The position numbers were made by a program, and so were the translations under genes. DNA of 64,000 bases from an uncultured Alphaproteobacteria bacterium (lineage in GTDB: Bacteria > Pseudomonadota > Alphaproteobacteria > HIMB59 > GCA-002718135): the NCBI GenBank assembly GCA_902571865.1, contig CACGDO010000001.1, forward strand, positions 7,453 through 71,452, in the 5' to 3' direction. Under the pieces are notes generated by a model that had not been told where the DNA came from, did no database searches, and worked only from the letters and a program-made list of their open reading frames with translations. Shown here one piece after another: positions 17,870-27,302 of this stretch. How positions within the stretch are numbered: the first letter of the stretch is position 1; each line of letters starts with the position of its first letter.

Positions 17870-18800
17870 AGTACTAATATCAGATCCACTAGATAGTATT
17901 GCATCTGAAATTTTAACAAAGAATAATATTTCAGTTGATACAAAAACAAACTTATCTCCCGAAGAATTAAAAAAAATAATTGATAATTATGATGGTTTAA
18001 TCATTCGTTCAGCAACTAAAGTGCGAAAAGACACAATTGATTCTCTTTCTAATTTAAAAATTATAGGTAGAGCAGGAGCAGGAGTAGATAATGTTGATGT
18101 GGAAGCTGCTAAAAATAAAAATATTATCGTAATGAATACTCCAGGAGGCAATACAAATGCTACAGCAGAACACACAATTGGTTTAATTTTTGCATTGCAA
18201 AGAAAAATTACTGTTGCCAATGAGACAACTCATAAGGGTCTTTGGGAAAAAAAGAAATTAAAAGGAAATGAAATTAAAGGCAAGAAAATTGGTATCGTTG
18301 GTTTTGGTAATGTAGGTAAAAGAGTTGCAGAAATATCTAATGTATTGGGAATGCAAGTTTCAATATTTTCTTCATACTTTAAAACAATTAAGGATAGCTA
18401 TCCTGAATATAATTCTTGTTCTATCGATGAGATTATTAAAGATTCAGATATAATTTCTTTTCACTGTAAACCCAATAAAGATGGTAATCCGATTATGAAT
18501 AAAAATCATTTATCGCTAATGAAAAAAAATTGCATTATTATCAACACCGCTAGAGGTAACTTAGTTGATGAAGATGATCTTAAAAACGCTCTTGAAAAAA
18601 AAGAAATTAAAGGCGCTGCATTAGATGTTTTTAAAAATGAGCCTTTGGAAGAAAGTGGGTTTTATAATTTAGATAATATAATTTTAACTCCACATATTGC
18701 TGCTTCTACTGATGAAGCACAAATAGTTGTAGCAGAAATGGTCGCTAATCAATTTGTTGAATTTTTTAATAATAAAAAAATAATAAATTCAGTTACTTAA
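17862..18800 (+). CDS. serA: D-3-phosphoglycerate dehydrogenase, short form without an ACT domain
   Basis: I prefer the ATG at 17862 (MPRVLISD...). It has IGRAGAGVDNVDVEAA, the Rossmann motif GIVGFGNVG and TPHIAAST. At about 312 aa, the regulatory domain is absent. Confidence 0.75.
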   Translation: MPRVLISDPLDSIASEILTKNNISVDTKTNLSPEELKKIIDNYDGLIIRSATKVRKDTIDSLSNLKIIGRAGAGVDNVDVEAAKNKNIIVMNTPGGNTNATAEHTIGLIFALQRKITVANETTHKGLWEKKKLKGNEIKGKKIGIVGFGNVGKRVAEISNVLGMQVSIFSSYFKTIKDSYPEYNSCSIDEIIKDSDIISFHCKPNKDGNPIMNKNHLSLMKKNCIIINTARGNLVDEDDLKNALEKKEIKGAALDVFKNEPLEESGFYNLDNIILTPHIAASTDEAQIVVAEMVANQFVEFFNNKKIINSVT

Positions 18801-20652
18801 TAAAAATTTCTGTTAAATTTTCTAAGTAAGCAGATGGATTTGAGAGAATGTTGCCATCTAATATATTAGCTTGATCTAAAATTAAATTTGAAGCTTTTTT
18901 ATGGTCAATTTTTGATAAATTTTGAGATAAATTTACAATCATCGGATGGTTAGGATTAATTTCAAGTATCTTTTTCGAAACAGGAGTTTTTTGATTATGC
19001 ATTTTCATCAGTTTTTCCATATTTATATCCATCCCAGCTTCTTCAGCAACAAGCAGAATTGGGCTTTTGGTTAATCTCTTAGATACAATAACATCAGATA
19101 TTGTCTCTTTAAGCTCTGTTTTAAGTATGTTGATTAAATCATTGATTTTACTATCTACTTCTTTTTTATCTTCGTCTTTCTTACTTGATTTTTCACCAAC
19201 TTTTGAAACATCAACCTTGCCTTTTGTTATTGATTTAAATTCTAAATCTTTAAATTTATTTACATTTTGTATCCAAAACTCATCTACTGCATCTACCATA
19301 AACAAAACTGGTATCTTTTTATCAGTGAAAACTTCTAATTGAGGGGAGTTTTTAATATGATCCTTATCAGTATTAGCAAAATAATAAATTTCTTTTTGAT
19401 CTTTAGCCATTAATTTAGTGTACTCTTCAAGAGATATTTTTTTATCATTTAAAGAATTTTCAAATCTCAATAGTGGTAGGATTTTTTCATGATGATCATT
19501 ATGTTCGTATAACCCTTCTTTTAGAACAGGACCAAAATTATTCCAAAATGTCTCAAATTTATTCTTTTCTTTCTTAGCCAAGCTATCAATTTCACTTAAA
19601 ATTTTATTTGTAATACCTTTTTTTATTTTTGTAATAATAGGATTATTTTGAAGCATTTCTCTACTTATATTGAGAGAAATATCTTGTGAGTCGACTACTC
19701 CTGGAATAAAACGTAACCAATTAGGAATTATGTCTTCACAATCATCAGTGATAAAAACTTTTTGAACATATAATTTTATTTTATTTTTCCTATCAGCATT
19801 GAATAAATCCATAGGTTGATTTGTAGGAAAATAAAGTAAAGCCTTATAACTAATAACACCCTCAGCGTTATAATGAATAGTTTTTAAGGGATCATCAAAG
19901 TTAAATGAAATATTATTATAAAATTGCTTATAGTCTTCCTCTTTTATATCTTTTTTATCTTTTAGCCATAATGGACTACCTTCATTTATTTTTTCTTCTT
20001 TTTCTTTATCATCAAGGTCCTTAAGATAAATTGGAAAAGGAATATAATTTGAGTATTTTGTTATAATTGATCTTAAACGAAATGAATCCAAAAATTCATC
20101 AGCATCTTTCTTGATATTTAGAGTTATACAAGTGCCTCTTTTATCTTTTTTAGCTTCTTCTATGGTATAATTTTCTTTTCCATTAGATGACCAAAGATTT
20201 GTTTCTTCATTTTCAGCATCTTTAGAAAGCACTTCAACATTATCTGCAACCATATATGAGGAATAAAAACCAACACCAAACTGTCCAATTGCAGAAATAT
20301 CGCTGCTTTTTTTATTTTTCATTGCTTCAATAAATTTACTAGTTCCTGATCTCGCTATAGTTCCTAAATTATCAATAAGTTCATTTTTTGACATTCCAAT
20401 TCCATTATCTTCAATTTCAATAATTTTTTTCTTTTTTGAAACTCTGATATTAATTTTTAAATCCTTTTCATCTTTCAAAAGATTTTTTTTGGAAAGTGAT
20501 TGATATCTTAATTTTTCGCAGGCATCAGCTGAATTAGATATTAGTTCTCTTAGAAATATTTCCCTTTCACTATAAAGAGAATTAGCAACAAGATCTAAAA
20601 GTTTACTTACTTCAGCTTGAAATGTTAAATTTTCTTTAGTTTTTTCTGCCAT
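18793..20652 (-). CDS. htpG: molecular chaperone HtpG (Hsp90)
   Basis: 619 aa with FQAEVSKLLDLV, ELISNSADA and GQFGVGFYS. Confidence 0.95.
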   Translation of the reverse strand: MAEKTKENLTFQAEVSKLLDLVANSLYSEREIFLRELISNSADACEKLRYQSLSKKNLLKDEKDLKINIRVSKKKKIIEIEDNGIGMSKNELIDNLGTIARSGTSKFIEAMKNKKSSDISAIGQFGVGFYSSYMVADNVEVLSKDAENEETNLWSSNGKENYTIEEAKKDKRGTCITLNIKKDADEFLDSFRLRSIITKYSNYIPFPIYLKDLDDKEKEEKINEGSPLWLKDKKDIKEEDYKQFYNNISFNFDDPLKTIHYNAEGVISYKALLYFPTNQPMDLFNADRKNKIKLYVQKVFITDDCEDIIPNWLRFIPGVVDSQDISLNISREMLQNNPIITKIKKGITNKILSEIDSLAKKEKNKFETFWNNFGPVLKEGLYEHNDHHEKILPLLRFENSLNDKKISLEEYTKLMAKDQKEIYYFANTDKDHIKNSPQLEVFTDKKIPVLFMVDAVDEFWIQNVNKFKDLEFKSITKGKVDVSKVGEKSSKKDEDKKEVDSKINDLINILKTELKETISDVIVSKRLTKSPILLVAEEAGMDINMEKLMKMHNQKTPVSKKILEINPNHPMIVNLSQNLSKIDHKKASNLILDQANILDGNILSNPSAYLENLTEIFIK

Positions 20653-20753
20653 TTTTGAAATTTAAGCATTCATATCTATAATTCAATAGTAAGCAATAAT
20701 TTTTTGCCACATTTAAGACTATATAAGTAAAAATTATGGTATTTAGGTTCATA

Positions 20754-21368
20754 ATGAAATTTGATAATTTATTTAAATTATTGTGTATTACATTGTTATT
20801 TTTATATGCATGCACCTCAAATCAGTTAACAAATACTGCTGATAGTTGCATAATTTTTGATGAAAAGAAAAGCTGGTATAAAGCAACTAAAAATTCTTAT
20901 GATAAATGGAATACCCCAATTGCATTCCAATTAGCAGTTATAAAACAAGAATCATCTTTTACTCAATTTGCAAAACCGAAAAGAAAAAAATTTTTAGGTT
21001 TAATACCAACCTCTAGACCATCAACTGCTTTTGGTTATGCACAAATAACAAATCCCACTTGGGATTGGTATAAGAATAAAACTGGAAATCAAAATGCATC
21101 AAGGGCGAACTTTAAAGATGTAACCGATTTTATTGGCTGGTACACAACTCAGTCCGAAAATATGATTGGAATTTCAAAAAATGATTACTATAATCAATAT
21201 TTAGCATACCATGAAGGTCAAAACGGATGGTCGAAAGAGACATTTAAAAGTAAAGATTGGTTGATTGATGTTGCTAAAAATGTAGAAAGAAATACTAAGA
21301 TGTATAATAAACAACTAAAACAATGTGAAGAAAAACTAAATAAAAAAGGTTTCTTCGGAATACTATAA
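20754..21368 (+). CDS. lipoprotein with lytic-transglycosylase-like motif
   Basis: I prefer the ATG at 20754, giving a signal peptide plus lipobox LYAC. It has an SLT-like VIKQESSF motif. Confidence 0.55.
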   Translation: MKFDNLFKLLCITLLFLYACTSNQLTNTADSCIIFDEKKSWYKATKNSYDKWNTPIAFQLAVIKQESSFTQFAKPKRKKFLGLIPTSRPSTAFGYAQITNPTWDWYKNKTGNQNASRANFKDVTDFIGWYTTQSENMIGISKNDYYNQYLAYHEGQNGWSKETFKSKDWLIDVAKNVERNTKMYNKQLKQCEEKLNKKGFFGIL

Positions 21369-22546
21369 TGCCAATTTTAAATAGCATAAATCAAATGCAA
21401 GGTGAGATGACTGAATGGCGCCAGGATTTACATAAAATTCCTGAGATAGGCCTTCAAGAATTTGAAACATCAAAATATATCAAAAATAAGTTAAGTGAAT
21501 TTAATATTAAATTTAAAGATGGTTACGCTAATACAGGTGTTGTTGCTTGGGTAGATGGTAATGAAGTTACTAATGATAAGACAATTGGTTTAAGAGCAGA
21601 TTTTGACGCCCTTCCTATGCCAGAACAAAATGAATTTAATCATAAATCTCAAAATAAAGGTATGATGCATGGTTGTGGCCATGATGGTCATACCACAATG
21701 CTTCTTGGAGCAGCGAAATATCTAAGTGAAAATAATAATTTTAATGGAAGAGTATATTTCATTTTTCAACCAGGAGAAGAGGGTTTTGCTGGAGGAGAAA
21801 AAATGATTCAAGATGGTATGTTTGATGATTTTAAAATTGATGAAGTTTATGCACTTCATAATTGGCCTGAGTTACCTTTAGGTACGTTTGGTGTAAATAG
21901 TGGGCCGATGATGGCAGCAGTTGATGAGTTTGATATTACTGTAAAAGGAAAGGGTGGTCATGCTGCATCACCTCATCTAGCAATTGATCCTGTAGTAATT
22001 TCTGCACAAGTTATTTCTGCTGTTCAAACAATTATAAGTAGATCCACAGATCCTGTTGATAAAGCTCTTATAAGTATTACAAAAATTAATGCTGGTACAG
22101 CGTATAATGTGATTGATGATCAAGTTAAAATGGGTGGGACTATTAGAACTTTTCGAAGGGAAACACGAGCATATATAGAGAAAAGATTAAATGAATTATG
22201 TAAGGGTATAGCTGATGCACATGGTGCAGAGATAAAAATTGAGTTTGATTTAGTAAATAAATATCCACCTACTATCAATTCCAAAGAAGAAACAAAATTT
22301 GCTGCAAATGTAGCTAAAGATTTAGTCGGTGATGATAAAGTTATTACTGATATTGACCCGTCAATGGGAGGAGAAGATTTTTCATATTTGTTAGAAAAAA
22401 AACCCGGTTCCTATCTTTATCTTGGTCAAGGAGATGTTGAACATAGCGCTCATCTACATACAACAAAGTATGATTTTAATGATAATTTATTACCTATTGG
22501 TGTAAATTTTTGGGTGGATCTTGTTCAAAAATACTTTTCTAAGTAA
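21368..22546 (+). CDS. M20-family amidohydrolase (hippurate hydrolase / N-acyl-amino-acid deacylase type)
   Basis: 392 aa with MHGCGHDGH and FQPGEEG metal-binding motifs. Confidence 0.8.
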   Translation: MPILNSINQMQGEMTEWRQDLHKIPEIGLQEFETSKYIKNKLSEFNIKFKDGYANTGVVAWVDGNEVTNDKTIGLRADFDALPMPEQNEFNHKSQNKGMMHGCGHDGHTTMLLGAAKYLSENNNFNGRVYFIFQPGEEGFAGGEKMIQDGMFDDFKIDEVYALHNWPELPLGTFGVNSGPMMAAVDEFDITVKGKGGHAASPHLAIDPVVISAQVISAVQTIISRSTDPVDKALISITKINAGTAYNVIDDQVKMGGTIRTFRRETRAYIEKRLNELCKGIADAHGAEIKIEFDLVNKYPPTINSKEETKFAANVAKDLVGDDKVITDIDPSMGGEDFSYLLEKKPGSYLYLGQGDVEHSAHLHTTKYDFNDNLLPIGVNFWVDLVQKYFSK

Positions 22547-22552
22547 TCTTAA

Positions 22553-23317
22553 TTGATGTTAAATTTTAGTGCGATTTATTCAATAATCGCATTTAGAATA
22601 AAAGAATTTCTACAAGAGTATCATTATTCTTTATTAGCCCCTTTAACTACAAATCTTTTATTTATATTAGTTTTTATAACAGTAGAAAATTATTACTCCC
22701 TTTCTATGGATTCAGGTTCTTTCGTTGAATTTATTGCTCCTGGATTAATCATTATAATCGTTGCTCAGGAAAGTTATGATAATTCGTCTGCTACTTTAAT
22801 TCATATGAAACAAATTGGTTCTTTAGATGATTGGTTAATGGCACCTATCTATAGGATTGAAATATTAATATCTTTAATATTCACATCTCTTATTATTGGA
22901 ATTATTTTAGCACTGTTTAATTTTTATATATTTACTTTTTTGATAGATATTGAAATTTATAATTATTTTTATTTTTTTTACTACCTATTTTTAGTTATAA
23001 TATTTTTCTCATGTTTAGGATGTTTCGTAGGAATAATTTTTAATTCTTGGGATTCACAAAGTACATTCTCGAGCTTTTTTGTTGCGCCAATCAATTTTTT
23101 ATCAGGAACCTTTTTTTCAATAAATTATCTTCCTGATAATTTTAAGGCTATACTTTTATATAATCCTTACTATTATGTTGTAAGTTTTTTTAGGAATTCA
23201 TTCAATGATGAATTTTCATTTAATTTAGTTGAAAATATCTTTATAATATTATTTATTTTATTAATTTTGATTATTACATCATTTATTTTTTTCAAAGGTT
23301 TTAAGATTATCAAATGA
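22553..23317 (+). CDS. ABC-2-type transporter permease
   Basis: 254 aa with about 6 TM segments in an ABC-2 layout. No adjacent ATPase gene is present. Confidence 0.55.
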   Translation: MMLNFSAIYSIIAFRIKEFLQEYHYSLLAPLTTNLLFILVFITVENYYSLSMDSGSFVEFIAPGLIIIIVAQESYDNSSATLIHMKQIGSLDDWLMAPIYRIEILISLIFTSLIIGIILALFNFYIFTFLIDIEIYNYFYFFYYLFLVIIFFSCLGCFVGIIFNSWDSQSTFSSFFVAPINFLSGTFFSINYLPDNFKAILLYNPYYYVVSFFRNSFNDEFSFNLVENIFIILFILLILIITSFIFFKGFKIIK

Positions 23318-23907
23318 TTGATGTTATTTTTAATTTTTTAATTCAATTTGATTTATTAATTAAAAATAATTTAGAATTATCTTTAATTTTATATTTTTTA
23401 TTTTCATTTTTGTTTTTTACATTTTCTCTACCTGGTAGTTTAATAATTATACTAGCATCAAGTTTCTTTTTTGGATTTATTACAGGTTTTATAATTAATA
23501 TAACAACTATTGTTTTAGGTAGTTTATGTTTTTTTCTTTTTTTTAAAAATATATTTAAAAAATATTTTAATAAACAAATCGAAAAATTTAGTGATAAACT
23601 AAATAAAATTATTAAAAAATCATCTTTTGAATACTTAGTTTTATTACGACTTATCTTTGGAGTGCCACTATTTGTTCAAAATTTATTTTTATCAACATTA
23701 AATATTTCTAAAACTAAATTTATAGTTTCATCTTTTATTGGTTTCACTCCTTATTTTATTCTTTTTTCATTTATTGGCAATCAATTTTCTGATCTTATTG
23801 AAGTTAAAGAATTTCAACTTAGTAATATTTTATCATTTGAATTAATTCTAATTTTTTTACTATTAATTATTTTTTTATTACTTAGAATTTTTTTTAAATT
23901 TAAATAA
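23314..23907 (+). CDS. TVP38/TMEM64 (DedA-related) membrane protein
   Basis: 197 aa and polytopic, with a family-like N-terminal LPGS...G..G region. Confidence 0.5.
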   Translation: MIDVIFNFLIQFDLLIKNNLELSLILYFLFSFLFFTFSLPGSLIIILASSFFFGFITGFIINITTIVLGSLCFFLFFKNIFKKYFNKQIEKFSDKLNKIIKKSSFEYLVLLRLIFGVPLFVQNLFLSTLNISKTKFIVSSFIGFTPYFILFSFIGNQFSDLIEVKEFQLSNILSFELILIFLLLIIFLLLRIFFKFK

Positions 23908-24283
23908 ATAGTTTTTTAAATCTCATTGAAATGAATAATAAATAAATAGTAACAATTATTGCTGCATAAATAGTTATATCAATAATTATTAAATTATTTG
24001 CTGAAAATTCATTTGTTATTCTTGAATATATCAAAGCTGATGTCTGTATTACGGATGTAATAATAATAACATTAAGTAATCTGATTGAGCCCTTTGTATT
24101 TAAGTAGATCATTAAAAGACCAATAAATAAAATGCCTGTTATAGCTCCTCCAAGATTTCTTAGCCATGCTATATTAGTACTTTCCGCAACAGTTAAATCT
24201 ACAAAACTATATGGAAAAATTAAAAAATAAATTCCATAAATTAAAGAAAAAATTGATAAAAATAATATGCTTAATCTGATCAT
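23900..24283 (-). CDS. hypothetical 4-TM membrane protein
   Basis: A 127-aa hydrophobic ORF with no competing frame. Confidence 0.5.
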   Translation of the reverse strand: MIRLSILFLSIFSLIYGIYFLIFPYSFVDLTVAESTNIAWLRNLGGAITGILFIGLLMIYLNTKGSIRLLNVIIITSVIQTSALIYSRITNEFSANNLIIIDITIYAAIIVTIYLLFISMRFKKLFI

Positions 24284-24351
24284 CTACTAAAAACTATTTA
24301 TTAAGATATAATTAGTATTGCAAATTAATTTTTACTAAATATAGAAAATAT

Positions 24352-24585
24352 ATGATCCGATTGTTAATAGTTTTAATTGTTATAGTAATTATACTATTTA
24401 TTTTGAGATCAAGAGCCAAATCACAATATAATAATTATGGTAACTTTTATAGAAATTTAATTCTGATAGTCATAATTGGAGGTATAATCTTCTTCCTTGC
24501 AACAACTGGAAAATTCTTGATACCACAGTTATTAAATCTTATTAAAGTTGGTTTACCATTCTTGACAAAATTAATAGGAATATAA
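24352..24585 (+). CDS. hypothetical 2-TM membrane protein
   Basis: A 77-aa ORF. Its stop shares 1 nt with the ATG of the next gene (TAATG). Confidence 0.45.
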   Translation: MIRLLIVLIVIVIILFILRSRAKSQYNNYGNFYRNLILIVIIGGIIFFLATTGKFLIPQLLNLIKVGLPFLTKLIGI

Positions 24586-25448
24586 TGAAATATTTTTCAA
24601 CAAATGATCTACCCTTAAATGATGAAATGATTAAATTTTGGAATAATAATGGATATTTGGTTATAGAAAATTTCAACACAGATAAAGAATGTGATGAATT
24701 AATGGAACGGTCATCATATCTTATCGAACATAATAATTTTAATAATCAAAAATCTATTTTTGATACAGTCAATCAAGCTCACAATGATGATAATTATTTT
24801 TTAGAATCAGGAGATAAAATTCGTTTCTTCTTTGAAGAAAAAGCTAATTTAAATGATGATAAAATAGAAGAAAATAAACATTTTATTGTAAATAAAATCG
24901 GTCATGCGTTGCACGACTTAGATAAAGTTTTTTATAAATTTTCTCATAAACAAAAACTTCAAGATATTGCTTTATCACTTGGTTTCTCAAAACCAAAATT
25001 ACTTCAGTCTATGTATATTTTTAAACAACCTAAAATAGGTGGTGAAGTAGTTTGCCATCAAGATTCTACTTTTTTATATACTGAGCCAGAAAGTACTATC
25101 GGTTTCTGGTTTGCATTAGAAGATGCAAATAAAACAAACGGATGTTTACAAGTTGCAAGCGGAGGTCATAAAGGCCCATTAAGAAAACTTTTTAAAAAAG
25201 TAGACGGTAAAATGCAAATGATAGATCTAAATGATAAGCCATTTCCTGAAACTGATACTTTTGTAGAAGTAAAAAAAGGATCACTTGTTTTATTACATGG
25301 TAGACTTCCTCATTATTCGTGTGAGAACACAAGTTTAAAATCAAGACATGCTTACACAATTCATGTAATTGATAATAACAACGAATATCCTGAATGGAAT
25401 TGGTTACAAAGATCTTCAATACCTCTTAAAAGTTTTATTAATGACTAA
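24585..25448 (+). CDS. phytanoyl-CoA dioxygenase (PhyH) family Fe(II)/2-oxoglutarate oxygenase
   Basis: 287 aa. It has the HQD facial-triad motif (VCHQDSTF) and a distal His in SRHAYTIH. Confidence 0.7.
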   Translation: MKYFSTNDLPLNDEMIKFWNNNGYLVIENFNTDKECDELMERSSYLIEHNNFNNQKSIFDTVNQAHNDDNYFLESGDKIRFFFEEKANLNDDKIEENKHFIVNKIGHALHDLDKVFYKFSHKQKLQDIALSLGFSKPKLLQSMYIFKQPKIGGEVVCHQDSTFLYTEPESTIGFWFALEDANKTNGCLQVASGGHKGPLRKLFKKVDGKMQMIDLNDKPFPETDTFVEVKKGSLVLLHGRLPHYSCENTSLKSRHAYTIHVIDNNNEYPEWNWLQRSSIPLKSFIND

Positions 25449-26385
25449 AAAAATAATTTTAGATTGTGATCCAGGTCATGATGATGCTGTAGCAATAATG
25501 TTAGCCGCTTCTTCTAAAGAGATTGACATACTGGGTATCACTTGTGTCGGTGGAAATAGTGGTTTAAATAATACAGTAAATAATGCTCTTAAAGTTTGTA
25601 CGTTAATTGAAAGAACGGACATCAAAGTTTACTCTGGTGCAAACAAACCTATTCATTATGAATTATTTACAGCTGAATATGTTCACGGAAAAACCGGATT
25701 AGATAAAAAAGGTGAACCTATAATAATAGATACAAATTATAAACCTCAAGAAAAACATGCAGTTGATTTTATAGTAGAAACTTGTAAATCTTCAACAGAG
25801 CAAATTTATTTATGTCCAACAGGACCTCTTACAAATATTGCCTTAAGTTTAAAAAAAGATCCATCTATTAAAGAAAATATAAAAGAAATAGTTTTTATGG
25901 GTGGAGCTGCTATGTGCTTAGGGAATACTACACCATCAGCTGAATTTAATATTTATGTGGATCCACATGCGGCTAATATTGTTCTAGAATCAGGCATTCC
26001 TCTAACAATGATGGGTTTAGATGTTACTCATCAGGTAAATGTAAATTCAAAAATTATCAAATCAATGAATGAAAATAAAAATAAAAGTTCTAAGTTTTTT
26101 GGAGAGCTAATGGAATTTTATACAATATTTCATAAAGAATTATACGAAACTGAGGAAACTCCTTTGCATGATCCATGTGTTATTGCATATTTGTTAGATC
26201 CATCTATTTTTAGTGGAAAAGAAGTTAATGTAACAGTTGAAGAAAATTCTGAATTAACAAGAGGGGAGACTGTTGTTGATTGGCTAGGTGTTACTAAAAG
26301 ACAAGTAAATTGTTTTGTGATGAATGAAGCTAATGATGAAAAATTTTTTCAATTACTTAAAGCTAAATTATCGCTATTACCTTAA
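25441..26385 (+). CDS. nucleoside hydrolase (IUNH/Rih family)
   Basis: I prefer the ATG at 25441 (MTKKIILDCDPGHDDAVAI, the DxDxxxDD motif). It overlaps the PhyH gene by 8 nt. Confidence 0.8.
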   Translation: MTKKIILDCDPGHDDAVAIMLAASSKEIDILGITCVGGNSGLNNTVNNALKVCTLIERTDIKVYSGANKPIHYELFTAEYVHGKTGLDKKGEPIIIDTNYKPQEKHAVDFIVETCKSSTEQIYLCPTGPLTNIALSLKKDPSIKENIKEIVFMGGAAMCLGNTTPSAEFNIYVDPHAANIVLESGIPLTMMGLDVTHQVNVNSKIIKSMNENKNKSSKFFGELMEFYTIFHKELYETEETPLHDPCVIAYLLDPSIFSGKEVNVTVEENSELTRGETVVDWLGVTKRQVNCFVMNEANDEKFFQLLKAKLSLLP

Positions 26386-27302
26386 CTATAAAAACTCTTT
26401 GCAATCTTTCCAGCTAAATTCGCATTATTAATTATTAAAGATACATTAGCATTTAGAGTTTCATTTTTTGATTGTTTGTTAATTTGTTTTATAAGAAACG
26501 GGGTTAATTCTTTTCCACTAATATTATTTCTATCAGCTTTTATTGTTGCATTATTTATCCATTTTTCTACGTCATTTTTATTAAGTGCTTTTTCTAATGG
26601 AACTTTATTAAATATGAGAATTGATTTTTTATTTTCCATATTTTCATTGAGTTTTAAAAAAGAAGAAATTTCATGAATTTCATCAAATTTATTATCGACT
26701 TTAATTTTTGTTTCTTCATACCAAAAACCAGGCATATAATTTGTTTGATAACCAATTCTTGTAATTCCTAAAGTTTCAAGAAGTTCATTTGTTTTACTTA
26801 AATCTAATATAGATTTAGCACCACTACAGATTACAAAATTTGAATTCTCAGAAAGTGCATATAGATCTGCAGATACATCATTGGTATTTTCAGCATTTAG
26901 ATGCACTCCACCAATTCCTCCTGTTGCAAAAAATTTTATTTGAAATTTAGAAGCTATAGAAATTGTACTTGCTACTGTTGTAGCAGCATTTTCTTTATTA
27001 AATATTGATAAATTTATATTGTGGTTTGAAACTTTTTGTACATTTTTCTCTTTTGCTAATATTTGAATATCTTCTTCAGATAATCCTATTTTAACCTTAC
27101 CTCGAATTATTCCTATTGTTGCAGCAATTGCACCGTTATCTTCAACAGCCTTTATAGACTCATTTGCGACTTTAATATTTTCTGGATAGGGCAATCCATG
27201 ACTAATCAATGTACTTTCTAAAGCTACTATTGGTTTTTTTCTATTTATTGCTTCTTGAACTTTTTTACTTATATCAAATATTTCATGCATACTATTGTAC
27301 AA
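26382..27302 (-). CDS. psuG: pseudouridine-5-phosphate glycosidase
   Basis: 306 aa with VALESTLISHGLPYPEN and GGIGGVH motifs. Confidence 0.85.
   Translation of the reverse strand: MYNSMHEIFDISKKVQEAINRKKPIVALESTLISHGLPYPENIKVANESIKAVEDNGAIAATIGIIRGKVKIGLSEEDIQILAKEKNVQKVSNHNINLSIFNKENAATTVASTISIASKFQIKFFATGGIGGVHLNAENTNDVSADLYALSENSNFVICSGAKSILDLSKTNELLETLGITRIGYQTNYMPGFWYEETKIKVDNKFDEIHEISSFLKLNENMENKKSILIFNKVPLEKALNKNDVEKWINNATIKADRNNISGKELTPFLIKQINKQSKNETLNANVSLIINNANLAGKIAKSFYS

Noticed and set aside
20653-20735. Possible sigma-32 heat-shock promoter upstream of htpG
   Set aside because: There are only loose matches (TTGAAT / CTTAAAT-like hexamers) with unsuitable spacing. I cannot support a call.
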